Shown: positions 1 through 12,164, counted from the first letter of the stretch. The stretch: 64,000 bases of DNA from an uncultured delta proteobacterium (GCA_963733195.1 CAVTCR010000056.1:153430-217429), one strand, 5' to 3'. Notes: generated by a model from the sequence alone, not told the origin. Numbers and translations: made by a program.

Positions 1-1391
1 GCATGCTCGAACGCCGCGTTCCATTTGCGTATCCTCCCCTGTTGGTCGACAACAAAGAAGGCATCTGGGAGTGCTCTGGTGAGTACCTCGTGCTCGCGGA
101 GAGTGTGGGTCAGTGTCTCTTCGCTGTGTTTGCGTTCTGCAATCTCAGCATGGAGGGCTGCGGTATCCTGTTCAAGGTCGACGGTATGTTCCTGTAATCG
201 CCGCTCGAGATCTTCCTGAAGTTGGTGCAGGGATTCTTCCAACGTGTGCCGTGTGGTCTGTTCATTATGAAGCGAGGCTTGGAGCTGCTCAACTTCAGCC
301 ACCTGCTCATGGAGACGCCGCTCGAGATCTTCCTGAAGTTGGCGCAGGGATTCTTCCAACGTGTGCCGTGTGGTCTGTTCATTATGAAGCGAGGCTTGGA
401 GCTGCTCAACTTCAGCCACCTGCTCATGGAGACGCCGCTCGAGATCCTCCTGGGTCTGACGTAATGCTGTTTCTGTTTGCTGGCGTGCTTCTCGTTCGGC
501 TTCTATAGCACTATTGGCTTGAGCTGTTTCCCTTGTGTGTTCCTGGGCTTGATGGTCGAGCTGCTCTTGTGCCTGGCGGAGAGAGGCTTCGAGGGTTTGT
601 CGTCCGACCTGATCATCGTACAACGTCGCCTGCAATTGTTCGATTTCAGCGGTGCGTTCTTGAAGGCGACGTTCGAGGTCACTCTGACCCTGACGGAGTG
701 CTTCTGCAGCCTCACGCTGCGTTGCTAACTCACTCTGAAGTGTTTCATTTGTTTGGGTAAGTTCTCGTGTCCGTTCCTCGATGAGTTGCTCTAACTCCTG
801 TGCTTGAAGAAGGACCTCTCCAGCTTGACCCTGAGAGGCATCCCACTCAGGAGCATCTTCAGGTGTTGGCCCGTGTTTGCCATTGGCAAGTGCGGGGGTG
901 CCGGCTGACTGATCAAGGGTTGGCGGCTGTAGTTGCTGTCCTGCCACTAGGTGAAGCGTCGGAGGAGAGGAAGGTTCGACCAGGGCAGGTTTTTGGGAAC
1001 TCGGTATTGTTCCTGCACCGATATGGAGCGCGACCTTCCGGAGAAGAATGTCTCTTTGAATGGGTTTAACTAGGTAGTCAGCGGCCCCAAGGGAGAAGGC
1101 CTTTGCCCGTTCCTCTCCTTCTTCCTGGGCGGTGACAAAGATGATGGGGATGGTGGCAAGGGTTGGGTTCGTTTGAAGATGTGAGCATACCTCGTAGCCA
1201 TCCATGATTGGCATGATGGCATCGAGCAGAATGAGGTTCGGTTTGATCTTCTGCAGGGTTGTTAAGGCACGCGCACCACTGTCGGCAGTGAGTACCGAGT
1301 ACCCATTACTTATGAGTGAGCGTTCGATTGCCCGCAGTGTCACCTTGTCATCATCAACACACAAGATGATTGGGGCTGTGGAGCCATCCAT
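1..1391 (-). CDS. Response-regulator receiver (REC) + Pro-rich linker + six 39-aa coiled-coil repeats + PAS domain; signalling protein, probably a hybrid kinase/regulator; runs off the left edge
   Basis: Manual translation (absent from the ORF track because there is no stop in the window): ATG 1391 after GGGGGAGAG; MDGSTAPIILCVDDD...LILLDAIMPIMDGYEVC...IPIIFVTA...GAADYLVKPI is a REC domain; it ends ...LPDAFFVVDQQGRIRKWNAAFEH, a PAS start. Confidence 0.88.
   Translation of the reverse strand, partial: MDGSTAPIILCVDDDKVTLRAIERSLISNGYSVLTADSGARALTTLQKIKPNLILLDAIMPIMDGYEVCSHLQTNPTLATIPIIFVTAQEEGEERAKAFSLGAADYLVKPIQRDILLRKVALHIGAGTIPSSQKPALVEPSSPPTLHLVAGQQLQPPTLDQSAGTPALANGKHGPTPEDAPEWDASQGQAGEVLLQAQELEQLIEERTRELTQTNETLQSELATQREAAEALRQGQSDLERRLQERTAEIEQLQATLYDDQVGRQTLEASLRQAQEQLDHQAQEHTRETAQANSAIEAEREARQQTETALRQTQEDLERRLHEQVAEVEQLQASLHNEQTTRHTLEESLRQLQEDLERRLHEQVAEVEQLQASLHNEQTTRHTLEESLHQLQEDLERRLQEHTVDLEQDTAALHAEIAERKHSEETLTHTLREHEVLTRALPDAFFVVDQQGRIRKWNAAFEH
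199..450. repeat. Near-perfect 117-bp tandem repeat (2 copies + partial) in the coiled coil
   Basis: CGCCGCTCGAGATC recurs at 199, 316 and 433; I see one mismatch between the two full units. Confidence 0.95.
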
Positions 1392-1851
1392 GAATCTCTC
1401 CCCCATCACATAAGAAGTCTCTCTGGCCGAGATTGAGGTGGTTTTTCTGTTGATCGTTGGCCTTTCTCTCTATGCCAGCGGCTTCTCTCTCCTTACATCG
1501 GCGATCGTTTGGTTTTGTTTACTATGGAAACATCTCGCTCCAGTTTCCACACAACACGCACGCTCATTACCTACCTATTCAATGCGAATGTACTCAGACG
1601 AGAAGGGAGAGATTCTGGTGAAGGTGTATTCTCCAGGCGGTGAACCACCAGGCTATGCACCTGGATGCCTGTTTCCAAGACAAGTTGGCCGTAACAGCTC
1701 CCACTCACCCTCTCTCTCGCTTGGGATGCGATCGGTGGTGACAAAAAAAACTTTAGTCAAGAGGGGCTCCTCTGTACAGTCTTCTGTTAGTTGCAATTTT
1801 TGATACGGAATTCTATCCTAGTGGAGTTAACATCACAGGAGAGATAAGGAG

Positions 1852-2226
1852 GTGTATATGAGGTGGTCTACAAAAGTCATTGCGACAGTAATTGGCATGG
1901 GGATGCTGTATCCGACTCTCAGTATGGCGCAGCCAGCAGGAAGGACCAAAAGCGGAGAGTATGCACGAGGATTAGCTGCTCCGCTGCTGAGTGTTGGGTA
2001 TTTCCCCATCAAGTTTGTGGTCGGAGTGGCTGGAGCGGTCCTGGGTGGAGCAAGCGGATTCCTCACTGGTGGAAGTGATCGTGCTGCCGAAGGTATTTGG
2101 TATCCGATGACAGGCGGGACATACTTCATCACGCCGGAGATCTTAGAAGGAGAGCGACGCTTCCTACCACTTGATTACGGACCAAGTACGCCTCCTCGGG
2201 TGCATTCCGAATACATGCAGCCCTAG
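1852..2226 (+). CDS. Hypothetical exported/membrane protein
   Basis: AAGGAGG RBS, signal-peptide-like N-terminus, Gly-rich hydrophobic segment. Confidence 0.65.
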   Translation: MYMRWSTKVIATVIGMGMLYPTLSMAQPAGRTKSGEYARGLAAPLLSVGYFPIKFVVGVAGAVLGGASGFLTGGSDRAAEGIWYPMTGGTYFITPEILEGERRFLPLDYGPSTPPRVHSEYMQP

Positions 2227-2286
2227 GCGATTGTTCTACCAGCTGATAACGAGACTACGCCACGACCGACACGCATCACTAGAGAC

Positions 2287-2315
2287 TTGACAGGTGTAAC
2301 GTAGCGCAGTAAGAA
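2287..2315 (+). promoter_or_regulatory. Putative sigma70 promoter of the pyr operon
   Basis: TTGACA (2287) - 17 nt - TAAGAA, immediately before the PyrR-binding hairpin; the -10 is imperfect. Confidence 0.5.
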
Positions 2316-2320
2316 CATCC

Positions 2321-2357
2321 CACCTTTTAATCTATCCCCGCGAGGTTAGGAAAGGTG
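2321..2357 (+). promoter_or_regulatory. PyrR-binding loop (anti-antiterminator) of the pyr attenuator
   Basis: CACCTTT-TAATCTATCCCCGCGAGGTTAGG-AAAGGTG: closing stem plus a motif close to the PyrR consensus ARUCCNGNGAGGYU, directly upstream of pyrR. Confidence 0.85.
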
Positions 2358-2364
2358 CAAATGA

Positions 2365-2985
<621 letters not shown>

Positions 2986-2997
2986 CCAGGAGGGCGC

Positions 2998-3939
2998 ATG
3001 ATGTTTACTCAACCTCATCTCCTCGGACTCGAAGGACTGCAGAAGGACGAGCTGCTGTTCCTCCTTGATACTGCCGAATCCTTTCGGGAAATCTCCGAGC
3101 GGGAAGTCAAGAAAGTCCCGACGTTACGGGGCAAAACTGTGATCAATCTGTTCTACGAATCGAGTACACGTACGCGAACCTCGTTCGAGATCGCTGCCAA
3201 GAGGCTGTCGGCGGATGCGATCAACATTACCGCTGCAGCAAGTAGTGTTACCAAAGGTGAAACTCTCCTCGATACGGCCCGCAATCTGATTGCCATGCGT
3301 CCAGCTGCGATCGTCATTCGTCACCCTTCATCTGGAGCGCCGCACTTTGTGGCACAGTTGGTCGATTGCCCGGTGATTAATGCTGGAGACGGAACGCATG
3401 AGCACCCGACGCAGGCATTGCTTGATATGCATACGATTCGCGAGCGTAAAGGCAAAATCGCTGGACTGATCGTGGCGATCGTGGGCGACATTCTTCACAG
3501 TCGTGTGGCGCGCTCGAATGTGTTGGCGCTGACGACGTTGGGTGCAACGGTGCGCCTGGTTGGCCCACGGACATTGTTGCCGCCGGAATGTCGTACGTTT
3601 GGTGCGGAGCTGTACACCGATCTTCGGGCTGGGTTGGCAGGGGCAGATGTGGTGATGGCCCTACGGTTGCAGCAGGAACGTCAGGCGCGGAATTTTTTCC
3701 CCAGCGTCGAGGAGTACGCCCGTCGTTTCTGCATTACGCCGACCGCCCTAGCCGAAGCACAGCCCGATGTGTTGATCATGCACCCAGGACCGATGAATCG
3801 CGGGATTGAGATCGACTCGCGCGTTGCCGACGGTCCCTATTCGGTCATTCTCGATCAGGTCACTAATGGTGTTGCGGTGCGTATGGCGGTTCTCTTTCTC
3901 TTGACGACGCGAGGGAAAGAGGTGCGGGAGGAGGAGTAG
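2998..3939 (+). CDS. pyrB: Aspartate carbamoyltransferase catalytic subunit
   Basis: [42 protein letters not shown]. Confidence 0.97.
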   Translation: MMFTQPHLLGLEGLQKDELLFLLDTAESFREISEREVKKVPTLRGKTVINLFYESSTRTRTSFEIAAKRLSADAINITAAASSVTKGETLLDTARNLIAMRPAAIVIRHPSSGAPHFVAQLVDCPVINAGDGTHEHPTQALLDMHTIRERKGKIAGLIVAIVGDILHSRVARSNVLALTTLGATVRLVGPRTLLPPECRTFGAELYTDLRAGLAGADVVMALRLQQERQARNFFPSVEEYARRFCITPTALAEAQPDVLIMHPGPMNRGIEIDSRVADGPYSVILDQVTNGVAVRMAVLFLLTTRGKEVREEE

Positions 3940-4060
3940 GAAAGATAATGACAATCGGAGAAACGGCGGGTGGGAGGAACATAGACGTGCGGTAATCCTC
4001 CGTCGATTCCCCGGGTCTCCGATTCTCCGTTTCATTTTAGGTCTCGTGTAGTGAATTGTT

Positions 4061-5344
4061 ATGAAGCTTGTTATCCAAAACGGAACTGTGATCGATCCAG
4101 CGAATAACCTTGACGCACCTTGTGATGTATTGATCGAAGATGGTGTCGTGCGTGCAGTCGAGCAACCTGGAACGTTTCGTAAGATCGAAGCTGAGATTCT
4201 TGATGCCAGTGGTCTCATCGTCGCCCCAGGATTTATCGATATTCATGTACATCTTCGTGAACCAGGGCAAGAGTATAAAGAAACAGTGCTGACCGGTACC
4301 CAATCTGCCGTGGCTGGCGGATTCACTGCTGTAGCCTGTATGGCGAATACCAATCCTGTCAATGATAATGGTGCAGTGACGCGCTACATTATCGAGCGAG
4401 CACGGGAAGCCAACCTAGCTCGGGTATTCCCAATCGGCGCGCTGTCGAAAGGGCTAAAAGGGGAAGAACTGGCATCGCTCGGGGAAATGGTCGATGCTGG
4501 AGCGGTGGCTATTTCTGATGACGGACGTCCGGTGATGAACGCAAATCTGATGCGGCGCGCATTGGAATACTGCTCAATGCTTAACGTACCCATCAGTGTG
4601 CATGAAGAAGATCTCCACCTTGCAGGTGGCGGTGTAATGAACGAAGGGCCAATGGCATTGCGCCTCGGATTGTGCGGAATCCCTAATGCCGCGGAAGATG
4701 TGATGATTGCGCGCGATATTACGCTTGCCCGGTTAACTGGGGGACGCGTGCATATCGCTCATCTCAGTACCCGTGGTGCAGTTGCGTTGGTCCGCCAAGC
4801 AAAAGCCGAAGGGTTGCAGGTTTCAGCTGAAGCGGCACCGCATCACTTCACACTGACCGAAGAAGCAGTGAACGGCTACAACACTAACGCAAAAATGGCT
4901 CCACCATTACGTCTCGCAGAAGATGTCGAGGCAGTCAAAGACGGCTTGCGAGATGGAACCATCGATGCGATTGCGACTGACCATGCACCCCATCATCGTG
5001 ATGAGAAAGAGGTGGAGTTTGATCAAGCTGCCAACGGCATAGTGGGATTGGAAACGGCATTGCCGCTCACCATGAAATTAGTGGACACCGGCGTCCTCTC
5101 CTTATCGGAAGCAGTACGGAAGCTCACCATCAATCCAACACGGATTTTCAACTTACCATATGGAACTCTCACTGTTGGTGCTTCTGCGGACGTGGTGATT
5201 TTTGACCCGGCCTGTCAATGGCGAGTGGACGCTGCGAAGTTGCAATCGAAGAGCAAGAACTCTCCGTTCGATACATGGGAACTGAAAGGGAAAGTTGTGG
5301 TAACAGTGGTTGGAGGACGCATTGTCTATGACAGCAGACAGTAG
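4061..5344 (+). CDS. pyrC: Dihydroorotase (type I)
   Basis: PGFIDIHVHLREPG, KMAPPLR, IATDHAPH. Confidence 0.96.
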   Translation: MKLVIQNGTVIDPANNLDAPCDVLIEDGVVRAVEQPGTFRKIEAEILDASGLIVAPGFIDIHVHLREPGQEYKETVLTGTQSAVAGGFTAVACMANTNPVNDNGAVTRYIIERAREANLARVFPIGALSKGLKGEELASLGEMVDAGAVAISDDGRPVMNANLMRRALEYCSMLNVPISVHEEDLHLAGGGVMNEGPMALRLGLCGIPNAAEDVMIARDITLARLTGGRVHIAHLSTRGAVALVRQAKAEGLQVSAEAAPHHFTLTEEAVNGYNTNAKMAPPLRLAEDVEAVKDGLRDGTIDAIATDHAPHHRDEKEVEFDQAANGIVGLETALPLTMKLVDTGVLSLSEAVRKLTINPTRIFNLPYGTLTVGASADVVIFDPACQWRVDAAKLQSKSKNSPFDTWELKGKVVVTVVGGRIVYDSRQ

Positions 5345-5442
5345 GCCATAGGCTTGAGGGCTTCCTTTTCCTCTAACCTGAAACCTCTCACCTAGAGCGA
5401 TTTTAATGAGAGCTGATAGTTGACTACTGAAAACTTAAACTC

Positions 5443-6646
5443 ATGAAAGCTATACTCGCACTTGCAGACGGAACCGTTTTTACAGGACTCTCCTTTGGAG
5501 CTGAAGGGAGAGGTGACTGGTGAAGTGGTGTTTAACACTTCTCTCACTGGCTATCAGGAGATCCTGACAGACCCTTCGTACAAAGGTCAGATAGTGACGA
5601 TGACGTATACCGAGATCGGCAACGTCGGGGTCAATCCTGAAGATGTTGAATCGCGTCAGCCGTTTGTCGAAGGTTTCATTGTCAAAGAATACTGGGAGCG
5701 GCAAAGCAATTGGCGCGCCCAGAAGAGTCTTGGACAGTATCTGCGAGAACACAATATCGTTGGCATTCAAGGAATTGATACCCGTGCCCTTGTCCGTCAC
5801 CTGCGGGATCATGGTGCTCAACAAGGGGTGATTTCGACCATTGATGATAATACGCAACGATTGATTGCCAAAGCGAAAGCTGCGCCGAGTCTTGTTGGTC
5901 GTGACTTGGTGAAAGAAGTGACGTGTGCCCAGCCATATAACTGGCACCAGGGACGGTGGGAACTTGGAAGGGGGTACAGGGAACAGGGGGTGGGGGGTAG
6001 GAATGAAGAAAGTCTAGAGTCTAGAGTCCAGAGTCCAGAGCCGGAAACCCAACTCCTGACTCCTGACCCCCAACCCCCGTTTTTCGTTGTGGCCTACGAC
6101 TTCGGCATCAAATACAACATCCTCCGCAATCTGGTCGATGCGGGGTGTCGTGTTCGTGTGGTTCCTGCCCACATGCCTGCTGCCCAGGTACTCGCGATGA
6201 AGCCGGATGGCGTTTTTCTTTCCAATGGCCCTGGTGACCCTGATGCAGTTCCTTATGCACGAGAGAATGTAGCGGCATTGGTGGGAGAAGTGCCGATGTT
6301 CGGCATTTGTCTTGGGCATCAAATCATGGGGCTGGCCTTGGGCGGACAAACATACAAGCTCAAGTTCGGACATCGTGGTGGGAATCATCCGGTTATGGAC
6401 ATGCAAACTCGTAAGGTCGAGATCACGTGTCAAAATCACGGATTTTGTGTTGATGTCGAATCGTTGCAGGGAAGGGCAGATGTGACCCACCTGAATCTCA
6501 ACGATCGTACAGTCGAGGGGCTGTCTCACAAGGAGTATCCTCTATTCTCTGTGCAATACCACCCTGAGTCCTCACCTGGACCACATGATGCCAACTACTT
6601 ATTCCGTCGGTTTACAGATTTAATGGTGCATTACAGAAAAAGGTAA
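5443..6646 (+). CDS. carA: Carbamoyl-phosphate synthase small subunit; +1 frameshift near 5505; carries an in-frame repeat insertion
   Basis: True start [15 protein letters not shown] (ATG 5443) joins GEVVFNT in another frame across GAAGGGAGAGG; [21 protein letters not shown]. Confidence 0.95.
5976..6078. repeat. In-frame heptamer-repeat insertion in carA
   Basis: (AGTCTAG)2(AGTCCAG)2 at 6011-6038 between G-rich and CTCCTGA/CCCCCAA arms; encodes low-complexity [33 protein letters not shown]. Confidence 0.85.
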
Positions 6647-6663
6647 AAGGCGAGATACGCTCC

Positions 6664-9600
6664 ATGCCGAAACGCACAGACCTCCATTCCATCCTGCTCA
6701 TCGGTTCCGGGCCGATTGTCATCGGTCAAGCGTGTGAATTCGATTATTCTGGCACCCAGGCTTGTAAGGCTCTCAAAGAAGAAGGGTACCGCGTTATTCT
6801 TGTCAACTCGAACCCCGCGACGATCATGACTGATCCAGGGTTTGCTGATCGGACCTACGTTGAGCCCCTTACTGTTGAAGTTGTGGAGAAGATCATCGCC
6901 CAAGAGCGACCGGATGCACTGCTCCCAACGATCGGAGGACAGACGGGGCTCAATCTGGCCATCGATTTAGCGGAAGCCGGAGTTCTCGACCGTTACAACG
7001 TCGAACTGATTGGTGCCAAACTCCCAGCGATCAAGAAGGCAGAAGACCGCAATCTATTCAAAGCCGCAATGGAAAAGATTGGCCTTGACCTGCCACGCAG
7101 TGGGTACGCGCGATCTTTACAAGACGCTGAACAGATTCGTCAGCAGATTGGTTTGCCGCTGATTATTCGCCCTTCACGGACATTAGGGGGAAGTGGTCAA
7201 GGCTTGGTCAACTCGATCGAAGAGTTTCGCTCACTCGTTGAGATAGGATTAGATGCTTCTCCTACCCACGAAGTACTGATTGAAGAGTCAATCGCCGGGT
7301 GGAAAGAATTTGAACTCGAAGTGATGCGTGATGGCAAGGACAACGTTGTCATTATCTGTTCGATTGAGAACCTCGATCCCATGGGAGTCCACACCGGCGA
7401 CTCTATTACCGTCGCGCCTGCGCAGACATTGACTGACAAAGAATATCAGATCATGCGGGATGCCTCGTTGCGTATCATCCGTGAGATCGGCGTTGACACC
7501 GGTGGATCGAACATTCAGTTTGCGGTTCATCCTGATACTGGTCGGTTAGTCATCATCGAAATGAACCCGCGCGTATCGCGATCCTCAGCGTTAGCAAGTA
7601 AAGCAACAGGGTTTCCGATCGCAAAGATCGCAGCCAAGCTTGCCGTGGGCTATACACTTGACGAAATTCCTAACGACATCACGCGGGAAACGCCCGCATC
7701 CTTTGAGCCGACGATCGACTATGTGGTGGTGAAAATCCCGCGCTTCACTTTCGACAAGTTTCCGCAAACCAAAGACACGCTCGGCCCGCAGATGAAATCC
7801 GTCGGCGAAGCCATGGCGATCGGCCGCACCTTCAAAGAAGCGATGCAGAAAGCGTTGCGGTCGCTTGAAATAGGAGTGTTTGGATTTGATGAGAAAGTGC
7901 AGAAGAGTCTAGGGTCTCTGGAAGAGTTAGCGAGAATACGCGAGCGACTACAGACGCCTAATGCGGAACGTATCTGGTATGTCGCTGATGCCTTGCGGCT
8001 AGGAATGAACGTTGACGAACTCTACCAGGTGACGAAAATCGATCCGTGGTTCTTAGAAAATATTTCACAGATAGTGAAGTTTGAAGAGAATCTCAAAAAA
8101 CACACTGCAAACTCTCAGACCTTGGACTTTCTCCGCGAAGCAAAACGCATGGGGTTTTCAGACGTTCGTTTGGCGAAGTTGCTTGGTCGTAGTGAAGCCG
8201 AAGTCCGCGCTCAGCGAGAGCAATTAGGTATCGTGCCGGTGTATAAAACGGTAGATACGTGTGCCGCTGAGTTCGTTGCGCACACCCCGTACCTCTATTC
8301 GGCCTACGAAGGCCAGGATGAGGCCAATCCCTCGAACTGCAAGAAGATCCTCATTCTCGGCGGCGGACCGAATCGTATTGGTCAAGGCATTGAGTTCGAT
8401 TATTGCTGTGTCCATGCCGCGTTTGCGCTCAAAGAAGATGGGTTCGAAACCATCATGGTCAATTGCAACCCAGAGACGGTGAGTACCGACTATGACACGT
8501 CTGACAAGCTCTACTTTGAGCCACTAACATTGGAAGATGTATTGAGTATCGTACGCATTGAGAAACCTTTCGGTGTTATTGTTCAATTCGGAGGGCAGAC
8601 GCCACTCAAACTGTCTGTCCCACTTGAGAAGGAAGGGGTGCCAATTCTTGGCACGTCGCCGGAGTCGATCGACCGTGCCGAAGATCGTGAACGTTTCAAA
8701 GAGGTCTTGAATACGCTCGGATTGCTTCAGCCTCTCAACGGTACTGCACGTAGCCCGCAAGAAGCGGAACGCATTGCCAACCAGATTGGCTATCCTGTGT
8801 TAGTTCGCCCCTCCTATGTTCTTGGAGGGCGAGCGATGCAGATTGTCTATGATGATGCCAATCTTAAACGGTATATGAACGAGGCGGTGTTGGCCTCGCC
8901 TGAACATCCGGTGCTGGTCGATAAGTTCCTCGACGATGCGACCGAGGTGGATGTTGATGCGGTGAGTGATGGGCATGATGTCGTCATTGGTGGCATCATG
9001 GAACACATCGAACTCGCTGGCGTACACTCTGGTGATAGTGCGTGTTCGTTACCCCCGCGTTCGATTTCACAAAAAGTTCAGGATGATATTCGACGGCAAA
9101 CGATCAGTCTGGCGAAAGAGTTACAAGTCGTAGGACTCATGAACGTCCAGTATGCCGTCAAAGAAGAGACCGTCTATGTACTGGAGGTAAACCCACGTGC
9201 CTCTCGAACCGTACCGTTTGTGAGTAAGGCGATCGGGCAACCCCTAGCCAAGATCGCCGCACGTGTGATGGCTGGAAAGACGCTCCGGGAACTCGGCTTT
9301 ACCCGTGAAATCGTTCCATCTCACATCAGCGTCAAAGAAGCAGTATTCCCGTTCATCAAATTTCCTGGAGTAGACACCATTCTTGGGCCAGAGATGAAAT
9401 CAACCGGTGAGGTGATGGGCATCGATAATTCTTTTGCCATGGCATTTGCCAAGGCTCAGATCGCGGGTGGTACTCTCCTACCGGTGCAGGGGAAAGCCTT
9501 TCTCAGCGTACGTGATCACGACAAAGAAGCTACCCTCGCCATTGCTCGCCGGTTGATCGAAAGCGGGTTTTCGTTGATGGCAACTCGTGGAACGTCTGCC

Positions 9601-9891
9601 TATCTTCGTGATGCGGGAATTGTGGTCGAAACGGTGAACAAGGTACTGGAAGGTTCGCCGCATATCGTTGATGCGATTCGTGCTGGTGAGATTGCTATCG
9701 TCATGAACACGGTAGAGGGTGCGCAGTCTGTTGCAGACTCGTTCTCGATCCGACGTAGCGCTCTTGAATGTCGGGTGCCGTACTTTACGACTATTGCCGG
9801 TGCTGGTGCTGCGGCTGAAGGAATTGCCAGGTTACGGATGGGCCTGCTTGGGGTGCGACCGCTGCAGGAGTATCATCTCAAGACTGAGTAA
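6664..9891 (+). CDS. carB: Carbamoyl-phosphate synthase large subunit
   Basis: MPKRTD...[20 protein letters not shown], two ATP-grasp halves, C-terminal MGS domain. Confidence 0.98.
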   Translation: MPKRTDLHSILLIGSGPIVIGQACEFDYSGTQACKALKEEGYRVILVNSNPATIMTDPGFADRTYVEPLTVEVVEKIIAQERPDALLPTIGGQTGLNLAIDLAEAGVLDRYNVELIGAKLPAIKKAEDRNLFKAAMEKIGLDLPRSGYARSLQDAEQIRQQIGLPLIIRPSRTLGGSGQGLVNSIEEFRSLVEIGLDASPTHEVLIEESIAGWKEFELEVMRDGKDNVVIICSIENLDPMGVHTGDSITVAPAQTLTDKEYQIMRDASLRIIREIGVDTGGSNIQFAVHPDTGRLVIIEMNPRVSRSSALASKATGFPIAKIAAKLAVGYTLDEIPNDITRETPASFEPTIDYVVVKIPRFTFDKFPQTKDTLGPQMKSVGEAMAIGRTFKEAMQKALRSLEIGVFGFDEKVQKSLGSLEELARIRERLQTPNAERIWYVADALRLGMNVDELYQVTKIDPWFLENISQIVKFEENLKKHTANSQTLDFLREAKRMGFSDVRLAKLLGRSEAEVRAQREQLGIVPVYKTVDTCAAEFVAHTPYLYSAYEGQDEANPSNCKKILILGGGPNRIGQGIEFDYCCVHAAFALKEDGFETIMVNCNPETVSTDYDTSDKLYFEPLTLEDVLSIVRIEKPFGVIVQFGGQTPLKLSVPLEKEGVPILGTSPESIDRAEDRERFKEVLNTLGLLQPLNGTARSPQEAERIANQIGYPVLVRPSYVLGGRAMQIVYDDANLKRYMNEAVLASPEHPVLVDKFLDDATEVDVDAVSDGHDVVIGGIMEHIELAGVHSGDSACSLPPRSISQKVQDDIRRQTISLAKELQVVGLMNVQYAVKEETVYVLEVNPRASRTVPFVSKAIGQPLAKIAARVMAGKTLRELGFTREIVPSHISVKEAVFPFIKFPGVDTILGPEMKSTGEVMGIDNSFAMAFAKAQIAGGTLLPVQGKAFLSVRDHDKEATLAIARRLIESGFSLMATRGTSAYLRDAGIVVETVNKVLEGSPHIVDAIRAGEIAIVMNTVEGAQSVADSFSIRRSALECRVPYFTTIAGAGAAAEGIARLRMGLLGVRPLQEYHLKTE

Positions 9892-9959
9892 CGAGGACTG
9901 AGTGATGAGTGACAAAAAAACAATCGGTTCCTCTTCAGTCTTCAGTCCTCTTTACTGCT

Positions 9960-12116
9960 ATGAGTGAGCACTATCCCACGTCACCGGTAGAAGAAGGTTC
10001 CCTTCGCTCGGTATCTACCCGGGCCTTCTTGCCGCCACTAAAAAAACCTGTCCAGTTTGTGAAGGGCGTTGGGCCGAAACGCGCCGAACAACTTGAACGT
10101 CTCGGTATTCGCACGGTCGAGGATCTGCTCTATCACATTCCGTTTCGCTACCAAGATCGACGTGAGATTCAAAAGATTCGCGATCTACGAACTGGCGAAG
10201 AATGCGCCACTGTTGGGCAACTCGTGCGGATGGGACGACGGTTCGTCGCCCGCAGCAAACGGTGGGTACTGGAAGCGGTCGTGCGCGATGAAACCGGTTT
10301 TCTCTTTCTTCTCTGGTATTATCAGCACCGTTATTTTCAGCAGAAGTATCAGATCGGTACGCAAGTGCTTCTGTACGGCAAGGTCGAAATGGGCATGAAG
10401 GGTGGCAAGTGGATGATCCACCCGGACATGGAACTGCTGGAAGAGGACGACGAAACCGCACGCATCCTACCTATCTACAACAAGACCACAGAAATGACGG
10501 TCGGTGCTATGCGTCGCTTGGTCCATGGCGCAGTTGCGACGCATATCGATTTCATTCCTGATTCGCTCCCCCAGGAAATGAAAACGCGTCTTCATCTCAT
10601 GAAGTTGAACGATGCATTGCGTGAATTGCATATGCCACCAGTTGATGCCGACGTTACGGCCCTCAATACTGCGGCGTCGCCAGCTCATCGTACGGTTGTG
10701 TTCGATGAGCTGTTCTATCTACAACTCGGAATGTCGCTACGGCGGCGGCACATGGTGAAAGAAGATGGGCTCTCGATCGTTCCTGGACCCTTGGTCATGC
10801 GGGTTCACGACGTGTTACCTTTTCGCTTAACCAACGCACAGCAACGCGTGCTAGAAGTAATCTTTCACGATATGGCTGCGCCGCATCCTATGAATCGCCT
10901 TGTTCAGGGAGATGTCGGTTCGGGAAAGACTATCGTCGCTTTTTGTGCTGCGTTAGCTGCACTGGATAGCGGATACCAAGTTGCTTTCATGGCTCCGACT
11001 GAATTACTTGCCGAGCAGCATTTCCGTACCCTTGCGGTTTTGGCAAAGCAGCTTGAAGTGTCGATCACCTTGCTTACTGGGGACACTAAGCCTAAGCAGA
11101 AGCAAGAGATTTACGGTCTGATTGAGCAGGGAAAAGTCGAAATTGTCGTCGGCACGCATGCGCTCATCCAAGAGGGACTGCGTTTCCATCGGTTAGGGTT
11201 GGCGATTGTCGATGAACAGCACCGCTTCGGAGTGATGCAACGTGCGACCCTGAAGAAGATGGGTACCAATCCCGACATGTTGCTGATGACCGCGACGCCA
11301 ATTCCTCGCACGCTGGCATTAACGATCTATGGGGATCTCGACGTCTCTGCGATTGATGAACTTCCGCCTGGACGCAAGCCGGTTACAACTCGTGTATTTC
11401 ATGAAGGCGAGCGGGAAAAAGCGTATCGTGCAGTGAAAGAGCAGCTTGACAAAGGACATCAAGCTTACATCGTCTATCCCTTAGTGGAAGAATCCGAAAA
11501 GTCAGACCTCAAAGCCGCGACAACGATGGCCGAGCAACTATCGCGTACAGTCTTTGCCGGGTATTCGATCGGGCTCGTGCACGGGCGAATGAAAAGTGAC
11601 GAGAAAGATGCGGTAATGACCCGCTTCAAGAAAGGCGAGCATCACATTCTTGTCTCAACGACAGTGATTGAGGTTGGCATCGACGTACCGAACTCAACAG
11701 TGATTCTTATCGAACACGCCGAGCGCTTTGGGCTGGCGCAGTTGCATCAGTTACGTGGTCGGGTAGGGCGTGGACAGGTTGCATCGTTCTGTTTTCTCTT
11801 GGCGCAGTACACTCCTGCCGACGAGTCGATCCGCCGCCTGCGAGTGATGGTTGATACGAACGACGGCTTTAAGATTGCCGAAGCTGACCTCAATTTTCGT
11901 GGACCAGGCGAATTTCTCGGAACTCGCCAATCCGGCATGCCGGATTTCCGTGTCGCCAATATCGTGCGTGACAGCCGCATTCTCGAATTGGCACGTGACG
12001 AAGCTGAGGCTTGGTTGGCAAAAGATCCTGAGTTGACCGCGCCAGCATCGCGCCGGGTCCGTGCTATTCTTGAAGATCGCTGGGCTGGGCGGCTGGAGTT
12101 AGCGCGCGTTGGGTAG
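9960..12116 (+). CDS. recG: ATP-dependent DNA helicase RecG (start 9960 or 9909)
   Basis: QGDVGSGKT, DEQHRFGV, TATPIPRT, QLHQLRGRVGRG. Confidence 0.97.
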   Translation: MSEHYPTSPVEEGSLRSVSTRAFLPPLKKPVQFVKGVGPKRAEQLERLGIRTVEDLLYHIPFRYQDRREIQKIRDLRTGEECATVGQLVRMGRRFVARSKRWVLEAVVRDETGFLFLLWYYQHRYFQQKYQIGTQVLLYGKVEMGMKGGKWMIHPDMELLEEDDETARILPIYNKTTEMTVGAMRRLVHGAVATHIDFIPDSLPQEMKTRLHLMKLNDALRELHMPPVDADVTALNTAASPAHRTVVFDELFYLQLGMSLRRRHMVKEDGLSIVPGPLVMRVHDVLPFRLTNAQQRVLEVIFHDMAAPHPMNRLVQGDVGSGKTIVAFCAALAALDSGYQVAFMAPTELLAEQHFRTLAVLAKQLEVSITLLTGDTKPKQKQEIYGLIEQGKVEIVVGTHALIQEGLRFHRLGLAIVDEQHRFGVMQRATLKKMGTNPDMLLMTATPIPRTLALTIYGDLDVSAIDELPPGRKPVTTRVFHEGEREKAYRAVKEQLDKGHQAYIVYPLVEESEKSDLKAATTMAEQLSRTVFAGYSIGLVHGRMKSDEKDAVMTRFKKGEHHILVSTTVIEVGIDVPNSTVILIEHAERFGLAQLHQLRGRVGRGQVASFCFLLAQYTPADESIRRLRVMVDTNDGFKIAEADLNFRGPGEFLGTRQSGMPDFRVANIVRDSRILELARDEAEAWLAKDPELTAPASRRVRAILEDRWAGRLELARVG

Positions 12117-12164
12117 TTGCTTATATTTATACTTTTCGTATTGAAATGTTATGCCAAACCGTGC

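Noticed and set aside
199-450. CRISPR-like or non-coding repeat array
   Set aside because: Units are contiguous 117-bp in-frame coding repeats without spacers; no CRISPR array or cas gene was seen anywhere in the window
1438-1803. 121-aa plus-strand ORF
   Set aside because: No RBS or recognisable motif; lies in the divergent promoter region
5495-5515. Programmed frameshift in carA (GAAGGGAGAGG)
   Set aside because: One extra base in a G run with no slippery heptamer or stimulator; similar isolated indels in many unrelated genes point to sequencing error
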